Shown here piece by piece: positions 52,350-64,000 of a DNA stretch of 64,000 nt; position 1 is the stretch's first letter, and each line of letters opens with the position of its first letter. Below the pieces are notes generated by a model. It was not told the DNA's origin and ran no database searches. It was given only the letters and a program-made list of their open reading frames with translations. This DNA is from Octopus vulgaris (taxonomy: Eukaryota): contig OX597824.1 of assembly GCA_951406725.2 (NCBI GenBank), forward strand, positions 24,490,001 through 24,554,000. The letters run 5' to 3'. Made by a program: the position numbers and the translations under genes.

Positions 52350-52687
52350 ATACATTTATATATATATATATATGCATGTATGTATTCATATATCTGTTTG
52401 AGAGAACACTTCGATGTGGTGCTCCAGCATGACCGCAGTCCATTGATTGAAACAAGTAACAGACAGGAAAAAAAAAGGTATCCAGTAGAGGCTCCGTCGA
52501 GGGTAGCGTTGATGGCAGTGATGAATCGGAATCATGTTGGTGGACATTGGGTGTTGAGTGATGCTGGAGAAGAGGGCGATGGCAGCGCGAATGTGATAGT
52601 GGCGTCCATAACGGCGGTGACTCCGATGGTATGTGTTGGCAGTACTGGTTGGTATTAATGGAAGGAAGCCGTTTTTATTTATTTATT

Positions 52688-52770
<83 letters not shown>

Positions 52771-52771
52771 G

Positions 52772-52844
<73 letters not shown>

Positions 52845-52994
52845 TTATACACACACACATATTAAATATATAAATATATATATATATATACATTAAAAAA
52901 TGTGTTATATATGCGTATGCGCGCATTTACAAATTTTTTTCTCAATGATATTTCACCCACATGGCCCTTTTATAACCGTGTGTGTGTTAACATC

Positions 52995-53476
52995 TATACA
53001 GACACATATACATACATACATACATACAAACATACATACATACATACAGTGTGCACACGTTCGTTCATCCATCTTTCCATACATACTTACATACATACAT
53101 ACATACACACATACATACATACATACATACATACATACATACATACATACATACATACATACATACACACATACATACATACATACATACATGCATACAT
53201 GCATACATACATACATACATACAGACACACATACATACATACAGACACACATACATACATACATACATACATACATACACACACACATACATACACACAT
53301 ACATACATACATACATACATACATACATACATACATACATACATACATACATACATACATACATACATACATACATACATACATACAGACACACATACAT
53401 ACATACATACATACATACATACATACATACATACATACATACATACATACATACATGCATACATACATACATACAC

Positions 53477-53507
<31 letters not shown>

Positions 53508-53600
53508 TACATACATACATACATACATACATACACACACACATACATACATACATACATACACACACATACATACATACGTACATACATACATACGCAC
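52995..53600. repeat. Degenerate (CATA)n/(CA)n microsatellite
   Basis: Direct reading; source of the IHTY ORFs. Confidence 0.95.
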
Positions 53601-54061
53601 GCACGTATAGGTATGTATGCACTTGGGCAGACAGTCAGATTATTTTCCTCAACATTTTACCCACGTGGCTTTATAACACCGTGTAAGAGAGAAAGAGAAA
53701 GAGAAGAGAGAGAGAGAGAGAGAGAGAGCGATAGCGTGTGCCTGACTGTATGTACAATATGGACAATGAAATTTCACGCGCGTGATTCTTTTGTGAGTGT
53801 GCATGTGTCGATGAACGTGCATATCTCCGTACACACACACTCAAATCATATACATCCTCATCCAAACACACTCACACACGCACGTATGTAGCTTATGCCG
53901 CATACAGAACATGTGTACGTTTATTTCATTAGAGTGTCTACGTACGTTTCTTTTAAGTAAAGACATTTTCTGCACGATGCCTTCTGTGTCTGGAATGGCT
54001 GGTTGTTGTCCCCACTGGCTGGCTGGCTCAGCCAGAGGGAACAACACCCAACCATCTAGAC

Positions 54062-54275
54062 CAGGGCTGGTCAACCTGAGGCCCGCGTACCACATGCGGT
54101 CCGTAGACTTTTATCTTGAGGCCCGCGGACCACATGCGGTCCGTAAACTTTTTATCTTGCAGCACGTTTGATACTTTCTTGAAGTATTGTGTTTGATTTC
54201 AAAATAAATTTTCTTTGTGTAAAAAACATTTGTGTCGAAATAAATTGAAAAATTTATAAGTGACAATAAAGCAAA
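54062..54275 (+). mobile_element. hAT (Charlie-like) transposon end
   Basis: CAGGGCTGGTCAACCT..GGCCCGCG terminus just after TCTAGAc; repeated subterminal gaggcccgcg..ccacatgcggtccg. Confidence 0.55.
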
Positions 54276-54276
54276 T

Positions 54277-54446
54277 ACTCTTTACTTGTTTCAGTCATTT
54301 GACTGCGGCCATACTGGAGCACCGCCTTTAGTCGATCGAGCAAATTGACCCCAGGACTTATTCTTTGTAAGCCTAGTACTTATTCTATTGGTCTCTTTTG
54401 CTGACGTAAACACACCAGCATCGGTTGTCTAGCGATGTTGGGGGGA

Positions 54447-54508
<62 letters not shown>

Positions 54509-55169
54509 TATATATACGACGGGCTTCTTACAATGCTTATCGGTATTTCGTCCGTCTTCACATTTGAAAATTGCGTTTCATCCTCTCAGGATCGATAAAT
54601 TAAGTATCTGTTATACACTGGAGTTCGATGTAATCGGCAGGTTCCCTCCCACCAAATTTCAAGCCTTGTGTCTATAGTTAAAAGGATAATTAAATACCGT
54701 TTGTAATTGAACAAAAAATAAGTTTTTAATATTTTATTTATTGACGAAGTATAACCAATCTATTGCAGATTGATTTCAAAATTCATGTTTATATTCTTGG
54801 TGTTGCATGTCAAGAAAAGGTGTTGTGACTAATTTCATGAAAGACCCGTTATAGGGAAACTATATCTTTTACCTTTTCCTTGTTTCAGTCATTAGAGTGT
54901 GGCCATGCTGGGGCACCGCCGCGAAGAAGTTTTAGTCGAACGAATCGACCCCATTTATTAAAAGCTGTGGCCTTACTGGAGCACCGCCTTTAGTCGAACA
55001 AATCGACCCCCAAGATTTATTCTTTGTAAGCCTAGTACTTATTCTATCAGTCGCTTTTGCCGAACCGCCAACATACGGGGACGTAAACACACCAACATCG
55101 GTCGTCAAGCGATGGAGGGGACAAACATAGACACACAACACATATTCACGCACGCACGCACACACACAG

Positions 55170-55203
<34 letters not shown>

Positions 55204-55369
55204 ATTTGACTGGTTTCTTTCAGTTTCTCTCAACCAAATTCACTCATAAGGCTTTGGTCGGCCAGAGGGTATAGTAGAAGACACTTGCCCAAGGTGCCGC
55301 GCAGTGAGAACGAACCTAGAATATGTGGTTGGTAAGCAAACTTCTTACCACACAGCCACTCCTGCGCCT
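54277..55369 (-). mobile_element. Cluster of SINE family A copies
   Basis: Copies at about 54277-54530, 54865-54950 and 54965-55369. Confidence 0.8.
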
Positions 55370-55399
55370 ATATATATATATGTGTGTGTGTATATATAA

Positions 55400-55503
<104 letters not shown>

Positions 55504-55736
55504 GTATGTATGCATGTGTGAATATATGTATATATATATATTTACATATATGCATATACATGTATGTATACATAGAGATATATATCTATATGTGCGTGAT
55601 GAAATACGCGTGCCCGTGTTTGTGGCGTGTCCTACATAAGTCGCATCATCTACGTGGGAGGTATGTTTATATTTTCACGCATGTGTGCATATACACGGCC
55701 GATTGTCGTTATGTATATGGTTCAATGTGTGCGCGC

Positions 55737-55767
<31 letters not shown>

Positions 55768-56574
55768 AGAGTGCGTGAGAGTGAGTGAGTGCACGTATGT
55801 GTGTATGAATGTGCATCGTTGATAGCGTATACTCTAGTGTAGAGGTGTGCGCTGTATACATTTGAGAATTAGTGGTTGTGTATACATATGTATATATACG
55901 TGTGTTTATGTATGTATGTATGTATGTATGTATATGTCGGTCTGAGTATTTGTCTGTTTCGTAATATATTATAAGCACTGCACACACTTTTACTAACCCC
56001 GTCAATTTCGGTACAGTTACCCCAGACAAAAGGTCATCAGGTATATAGCCCATGTACCCGACAACAAAGGATCTTTCTGAAATTTCATTGGTAGTTTGTA
56101 GAACTGCGTTACCAGAGGATCTATCAAAGAGTTACCCTTCCAACTAAGTCTTCTGATACATCACTCATCCATGTATCAACCTCTGATCCTTGGCTCTCTT
56201 ATGGTTTTCAGTTTCAGAGTTGATTTTATGCGTGTTGTTTCATTAAACGATTAAATGAGCTTTACTTCTATAGACCAATACAGGTATATGAAATACCATA
56301 CAATATACATTCTTGATTAAAATCATCTCCCCTTCCAGAGGATGGTCGTAATTATCAAATGGGAATTGAGGCCAGCTCAATGTACGAAGGAGAAATAATC
56401 TCGAGAATCAAGAATTCTTGAAAGTTGACATGGCAATAAGGAAAAAGAGCAAGCATATTGTCAAGAGATTAAGGAACAGTTGTGGGTATGCGTTTCTGGC
56501 TCAACCCTCGTCATTAGCACAACAACTGTCTGATATTATCCCCAATAGCCAAACGACTAAGACTTATACAGAAA

Positions 56575-57100
56575 CAAGATTTGTAAGCTAGCTCCTGTGG
56601 AGGGCTAATTAGACCTGCAGCCCCAAAACTAAAGGGAGCTAAATAGCATGACTATAATACGTCCATAATGACCATATGCCCCAGTGGTGTTTGAGCAGAG
56701 GTTAAGGACGGATAAAAATTAATTCCGTGACACAATTATTCTATTGTTCCATTCCCAAGTTGAATTCCAACTTTTGGCCAATTTGTCCTAAAGTTCTTAT
56801 CTCGACGTGAAATTAACGAAGCGAATGCCATTTATCTCCTCCTTGATCTCTGACGTCATCTGACAAATGCTAACCAAGATGGCGTGAATCAGCCAAGCTT
56901 TATCTGCTAGAAATGGTAACCCAAATGCTTTTAAATCAGATCCCAATGCTGGAAGTTCAAGAACTAAATGAAGGGCAGATTTTCAATGCCAGGATCATCC
57001 TGACTCCGAAAAGGTATGAAATGTCTATGTAGAATAAATATAGACTGAGACACAGGGGTCCTAGACGAACAGACAGAATTTCGCTTTTATTATAGTAGAA
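56575..57100 (-). mobile_element. Helitron-like element (homologue of 45942-46829)
   Basis: Colinear similarity including taaatagcatgactataatacgtc and the acagacagaatttcgc end. Confidence 0.6.
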
Positions 57101-58285
57101 GAGTAGAACACATTTAGGGCCTAAGTAATTTACATAAGTTAAACCACTGAGCTAAGAGGAATAACTCAGAGAGAGGAGTAGCATTTATTTGAACAACATA
57201 GACAAATACATATCATATGAACAACATATCAAATACCACACAAATTCGTGATTTATTAAAGTCATCTCTTCCTCTAGAGAATGAATCACAATTACCAGAA
57301 TGGTAATTAAGCCAGTTTCACTTGATATTTACCTAAGCTCTTCGTTCTCTATGGAGCATAGATCATCGAGGACTTTTCTTCACTGCTCTCGGCTCTTGAG
57401 CTGTCCGTATGAGAAATCTTTACTCTCCTAGACTTTATTAATTTTGAATTGGCATTGTTGCCTCTAAAACTGGCATACCTACACAAGTGCGACCCCACAC
57501 AACGACTTTGTTTCCTCATAACTTTCAGAAAAATAAAAACATTTTAATGAAATTTTCTGCAATTACGCTTCGGATGGTGTAGATTCCGATTATATTCGCT
57601 GTAAAAAAATTTCCCGGAGGTCAGAAGATGAGTTTCAGAAAATTCACATGAGATGGCTTCTTTCCTTCATAACTTTCAGAAAAATTGGTATTTTTGCAAA
57701 TGAAATTTTCTACAAATACCTTTCAGAGTGTATAGATCATGATTATACTACAATTTAATGCGAAAAAGAATTGGTGGACATTCACACATGCATACTGACA
57801 CACATCATATGTTTATTTACCAAATGAGACAAGAAATTTCGAAAAATGTGATGCATGTGTGCGTGCTCACCGTTTATATTTGTCGAAAATTTCAGTAAAA
57901 AATAGCCATGTTTCTGAAAGTTTTGAGGAAACAAAATCGGGTGGTGGGATCACACTTGAGCAGGTATATTCTCAAACTTTGCTTCTTTTTCTCTTGGTAA
58001 AAATGCTGACCCTACGTAAAAAAACATTTTTTCCATTGGAAAGAGATGGTCCATATTAGTCTCATTTCTAACTTTTGGCAGTGGCGGTGTATTTTTCGGT
58101 GGTGGGAGAGCGTATTTTGGTCCATTGCCGTTCCTCGGAAGGGCGATGCACCAAAATACGCTTTGGTGCATTGCCCTTCCGAGGAACCTATAATACTGTC
58201 AATACGGCCCAGACTCGAGACCCAGGTACAGAAGAGTGTCTTTTTTTATATCTTTTACATGATTCAGTCATTGATCTTAAATTAT

Positions 58286-58358
58286 AATCGTAGCTACGGC
58301 CATTTTACTTTTAGAATCGTAGCTACGGCCATTTTACTTTTAGAATCGTAGCTATGGC
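58286..58358. repeat. 29-bp minisatellite, about 2.5 units
   Basis: aatcgtagctacggccattttacttttag at 58286 and 58315, partial at 58344. Confidence 0.9.
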
Positions 58359-58629
58359 TCTTCACTCATAGAACTACGATCGAAGTGCAAATCCTACAGA
58401 GAGAGTTTGGTGAGAATACTCAAACATGAAGATGAGTACATGAAACCCATTTAGTGCAGATCTAAAATCCTTTTTACTTTGTACTGATCAAATACATTCT
58501 TCTACATTAACGGAAGCTTATAGAACACAGGTATGTCACTCTCTATATATACATTTACTGTTTATTAAAGGGAATGCTTTTTGGTTTTCCCTTTACTTCC
58601 TATATACAAACACATATGCATATATACGT

Positions 58630-59198
58630 ATATGTATGTATGTAAGTATTATGTACGTATGCATGCATGTATGTATACATCAATGCATGCATGTATGTAT
58701 GTATGTATGTATGTATGTATGTATGTATGTATGTATGTATGCATGCATGTATGTATGTATGTATGTATGTATGTATGTATGTATGTATTTATGTATGTAT
58801 GTATGTATGTATGTATGTATTTATGTATGTATGTATGTATGTATGTATGTATGTATTTATGTATGTATGTGTGTATTTATGTATGTATGTATGTATGTAT
58901 GTATGCATGTATGCATGTATGTATGTATGTATGTATGTATGTATGTATGTATTTATGTATGTATGTATGTATGTATGTATTTATGTATGTATGTATGTAT
59001 GTATGTATGTATGTATGTATGTATGTATGTGTGTATGTATGTATGTATGTATATATGTATGTATGTATGCATGTATGCATGTATGTATGTATGTATGTAT
59101 GCATGTATGTATGTATGTATGTATATGTGGCTGTATGTATGTATGTATGTATGTATGTATGTATGTATGTATGTATGTATGTATGTATGCATGTATGC

Positions 59199-59231
<33 letters not shown>

Positions 59232-59405
59232 TGTATGTATGCATGTATGCATGTATGTATGTATGTATGTATTTATGTATGCATGTATGTATGTATGTAT
59301 GTATGCATCAATGCATGCATGTATGTATGTATGTATGCATGTATGTATGTATGTATGTATGTATGTATGTATGTATGTATGTATGTATGTATGTATGTAT
59401 GTATG
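58630..59405. repeat. (TATG)n microsatellite
   Basis: Direct reading; source of the YVCM ORFs. Confidence 0.95.
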
Positions 59406-59604
59406 GTATATTTGCATCCAAATATATATGTGTATGTAAGTATGTATATATGCATATATGTATTTAATTTAATTTCTCTAAATGAATTCACTGGCTATGG
59501 AAACGGCTGTAGGAATGAATTTCATATTATATTGATTTGAATATCTTTGATTAAATTGAAATCTATATGTCAATTTCTCCTTTTTCTTCTTTTTCTCATT
59601 TGTG

Positions 59605-59694
<90 letters not shown>

Positions 59695-59759
59695 CATACA
59701 TAATGTTTATCTATATATACATATATGTGCAGGTATTTATTATATATATATATATATAT

Positions 59760-60135
59760 TTTACTTGTTTCAGTTATTTGACTGCGGCTATGATGGAGCG
59801 ACACCTTTAGTCGAATAAATCGACCCCAGGACTTATTCTTTGTAAGACTAGTACTTATTCTATCGGTCTCTTTCTGACGAACCGTTAGGTGACGGGGACG
59901 CAAACACACCAGCATCCGTTGTCAAGTGATGGTGGTGGGGGCAGACACAGACATAAACAACGAATACATACATATATATATACATATATACGACGGGCTT
60001 CTTTCAGTTTTCGTCTAGCGAATCCATTCATAAAGCTTTGGTCGGCCCGAGGCTATAGTAGATGACACTTGCCCAACGTGCCATCTAGTGGGACTAAACC
60101 CGGAACTATGTGGTTGGGAAGCAAATTCTTACCGC
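59760..60135 (-). mobile_element. SINE family A
   Basis: Reverse match to the family sequence seen in this window. Confidence 0.85.
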
Positions 60136-60258
60136 ATCTCTGTCTCTTTAGATATATATATATACGTATATATAATATTAATTAGAGACAAAACCACTAT
60201 TTTGTAAAATAAACAAGGAAAGACTTAATCAATACATAAAATTTTAATAAAAAGTGTG

Positions 60259-60301
60259 CCACTACAATTGTTTCATGTCCTCAATGACAATCTTCAGGTG
60301 G
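60259..60301 (-). ncRNA. Minimal type I hammerhead motif
   Basis: ccac CUGAAGA u uguc auugag gaca u GAA ACAAUUGU A gugg; perfect 8-nt palindromic stem III. Confidence 0.7.
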
Positions 60302-60540
60302 ATTTCCGATCTAAAATATCAATACATTAAAATATAATTTTAAAATAATTTTAAAATAATAAAAATATAAATATATAATCTATATATAACCTATATATAG
60401 TCCATATATAATCAATATATAATCTAAAATCAACCCTATCAACAATTAAATATAAAACAAAAGATAAATAAACTATATATACACACATACGCATACACTT
60501 ATAACTAAGTATATATAACCATATCACACTAACTCACACA

Positions 60541-60625
<85 letters not shown>

Positions 60626-61353
60626 CTATGTATGTATGTATGTTTATACACACATACATATATATATATATATACATGCATATACACACAAACACGTATA
60701 TTATACATTTTAACTGCATATATATGCAGAGAGAGAGTGAGAGAAGGTGACAGAGACAGTCAGACAGACAGGTAAACGAGCAAACAGATTGAGAGACCTG
60801 TACACACACACACACACACACACAATCACACAATGTTTAACAACTTTATTTCGCCATCCTTCAACTTGTACAAAAAGCAATCCTTTTTACAACTTAACCA
60901 TCAACCAGTCAGCCCTGGACTGCCATTCACCTGGTTTTTAGCGAATATATCTGTCATTTAGACATAGTTTTATTACATTTTTATAAGTTCGTTGATGAGA
61001 AGGCCACCATTAATGCTACAATGGTGCACTCCAGTCACAATAGTACAACAAACTATTGTAATAGAATAAAAACACAACGAGGAAAAAACAAATGAGAAAG
61101 CAAAAAAGAGAAAAAGAAACGAAAGACTAAGAAATAGTATCTTCAAACTTCACTAGCAAAATAACATTACATCGATCAAATACATAGATACAAAGATGTA
61201 TGTATACATACAGACATACTGACATACATACATACATACATACATACATACATACATACATACATACATACATACATACAGACAGACAGATATACAGATA
61301 CACATACTCATACACACAGAGTACAGACAGACAGATAGAAATTTATGTATGCT

Positions 61354-61386
<33 letters not shown>

Positions 61387-61410
61387 CTATGTATGTTCAT
61401 ACACACACCT

Positions 61411-61487
<77 letters not shown>

Positions 61488-61507
61488 TTTTGCCGTCTTT
61501 TATCTTT

Positions 61508-61555
<48 letters not shown>

Positions 61556-61630
61556 AAATATATTTTTGCTGCCATTTATCTATATAGATATTTATATATG
61601 CTGCTTTTGCTACCTTCCAACTATCTATAA

Positions 61631-61677
<47 letters not shown>

Positions 61678-62160
61678 CTACGGAGATGTACTTACATAGC
61701 AAGTGACCTGATCTGAGATCGTGTACTGCAACGAAAGTAATTGCAGCGTGGAAGGTGTTTATAAGCCATTTAAGAAACACACAAAATCCGTTAGATTCAT
61801 TTCAACATTTAAATTTAATTTGTCAAAATATTTTCGTCGCTTATATATATATATATATATATGTAGCTATCTTTTGCTGTCTTTTATTTAGTGTGTTGTG
61901 AGTGTGTGTGTATACATAAATGGAGACCTTGAAACATCAAACTGTTGCAATATAGATTCCGTGGATCTTTTCTTTTTGAAGGCCAGATTTTCCTAGTTAA
62001 CAAAACAATTTGAAACTTCGTAAAAATCCTCGACACCAGTGCGTAATTGGTACTTAATTTATCGATGAAACATTGACCCCCACCCTTCTGGTTTATTTAC
62101 CTTTTGTGCAAATTTGTTGCGGCAAGTGGCAAAACGCGTATTTTTGCTTGTGTGCGTATA

Positions 62161-62371
62161 TGTATGTGTGTGTACGCTTATATATTAATTACTATGTGTG
62201 TGTGTGTGTATATGTCCGTTTGTATGTGTGTGTACGCTTATATATTAATTACTATGTGTGTGTGTATATGTCCGTTTGTATGTGTGTGTACGCTTATATA
62301 TTAATTACTATGTGTGTGTGTGTATATGTCCGTTTGTATGTGTGTGTACGCTTATATATTAATTACTATGT
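62161..62371. repeat. Minisatellite of about 60 bp, about 3.5 units
   Basis: tgtatgtgtgtgtacgcttatatattaattactatgtg repeated. Confidence 0.9.
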
Positions 62372-62659
62372 GCTTGTGCAAATGTGTGTGTGTGTGTGTG
62401 TGTGTGTGTGGTGCGTCTGCTATTTCTTTATCAATAACTACGTTTAAGTTACAAATTACAATTTTGTTTTCAATTTTGTTTACAATAATGTTTTCTTTTG
62501 ACACATTCTACCAGTATACGAAATTTCAAATTTCAAAAGTAACCCGTCCGCTACCGCCTTTCTCTTGGACAAAATACAGAACACGGTTTTCGTGAAGCGT
62601 CCGCACTTACGTTATTGTATATAGTCCTCACTGATGTCACACTTAATACACAGAGATAT

Positions 62660-62963
62660 TGTTTGTTCCTTCTCGAGCTCTGCCTGGCCCATAAGGGCCG
62701 GTTTCCCGGTTTCCTTGGTGTATAGGTTCCACACCTGGACGGGACGCTGGTCCGTCGCAGGTGAGCAGCAAGATGCAGGAGGAAATAGCGAGAGAAAGTT
62801 GTGGCGAAAGAGTCAGCAGAAATTTCGCCATTACCTTCTGCCGGAGCCGCGTGGAGCTCAGGTGTTTCGCTCATAAACACACGCATCGCCCGGTCTGAGA
62901 TTCGAACCCGCAATCCCTCAACCGCTAGTCCGCTGCTCTAACCGCTAGGCCATGCGTCTCCAC
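62660..62963 (-). mobile_element. SINE family C, full length
   Basis: Reverse match to 5806-6108; duplication acacagagatatt / acacagagacatt. Confidence 0.9.
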
Positions 62964-63480
62964 ACACAGAGACATTCTCAGTTGTTTAAGTATCCGACTT
63001 TTTATTCAATGCTCTTTGCAGTCTCCCCAGTTGATACGTAAGGCTTAGGTCGTACTTGAAGAGCGAAGACGTTTACGGTAATTCAGCCTGCTTAAAGTAA
63101 AGGATTTTCAAAGTGCAGATATTATTGGTGTGACTCTCAAAGTAAGTATTCTTAGTACCTTGTACCCAGTTTCTAAGCTTTCTTGAGTTTCTCCACACTG
63201 AGTTTTGGTGCAAGATAGACCATTTCGTCAGATATCCACTTTTCCTAAACAAGGACATAGAATTTTAAGGCTTTGCGCAACATGTTATTGTGACAGGTTT
63301 ATGACCCGTTATTTTATGCCTGTAATAAGTAATAATATTTTGTTTCATTGAAATATAGGCATATAAACAAGAAAGGATTAAAAGAAGACAAAACATTATT
63401 GAAATAAAAGAAACATTTAATAGCTCAAAACACAGTTTTTGTTTTTATTTCTATACGCAATATTATATACAACAAAGGCG

Positions 63481-63684
63481 GGATCTTTTCGGTTTGAACG
63501 GCACTTTTGTAAAATAATTTACACGTAACTAAACACGTTTAAACTTCGTATACTGGTAGAATGTGTTTTTAAAACATCTTTTTCTCTTGGCTTTATTGAA
63601 AAAATTCTATAGTTTGTAAGATATTTATTGTTTTTTTTTTCAAATTCTGCAATTTCAACCAATCAATGACGTCTATTGAGGTCA
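63481..63684 (+). mobile_element. Half copy of the telomeric-repeat TIR element
   Basis: TIR and first 200 bp match 27743 onward. Confidence 0.85.
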
Positions 63685-64000
63685 AAGCACAGACAGGAAG
63701 TTTTGACAGTGAATGACTTTGTATATAATTGAATTAATTATAGTGAATTTTACATTTTCATAATCGGGATACCCGTTAGATCTTCTTAGTATAATATATT
63801 GACTTGGAACAGCAATTTGCAATTGACCATGTATGAAAACGCAAGTAGAGTGAGAGTGAGAGATAAAAAAAAAAAATTTAACCGTGGCAGACAGGCAGAA
63901 CAGAGCAGGGGAGAGGGGAGGAAGCGTATTCGGTGAGAGCTTGAAGGAAAAACTATGGTTGAACATTGCTGCTGCGTCGCTTATTTGACTTTCTGATATT

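Noticed and set aside
56040-56570. Unique-looking segment checked for exons
   Set aside because: Only short stop-interrupted frames with no recognisable motif; cannot be assigned without a search
63021-63146. Acceptor-like tttgcag and donor-like aa/gtaagt suggesting an exon
   Set aside because: All three frames contain stops; no supporting neighbouring exons

Overview
This is eukaryotic, AT-rich, extremely repeat-dense DNA. The SINE families and the (TA)n/(TACA)n/(GATA)n load strongly suggest an octopus (coleoid cephalopod) intergenic or intronic region; the species call is inference. No intact host protein-coding gene is supported, and nearly all listed ORFs are microsatellite read-throughs. 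The window contains three tRNA-derived SINE families, one with a variable-copy 184-bp internal unit. It also holds decayed LINE 3' ends (RTE, L1/Tx1-like, R4/Dong-like, CR1-group), deleted mariner and maT (DD37D) transposons, non-autonomous Helitrons, and a TIR element carrying (CCCTAA)4. The most notable signal is about a dozen minimal type I hammerhead ribozyme (HHR) motifs from several families of Penelope-like element (PLE) remnants, mostly next to (TA)n tracts. These include two long inverted repeats with an HHR in each arm, a family sharing a non-canonical CUGUNGA core, and a tRNA-headed element that ends in an HHR. Candidate regulatory motif clusters and non-repeat hairpins are reported at lower confidence. 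All RNA structures were folded by eye and coordinates of decayed repeats are approximate.
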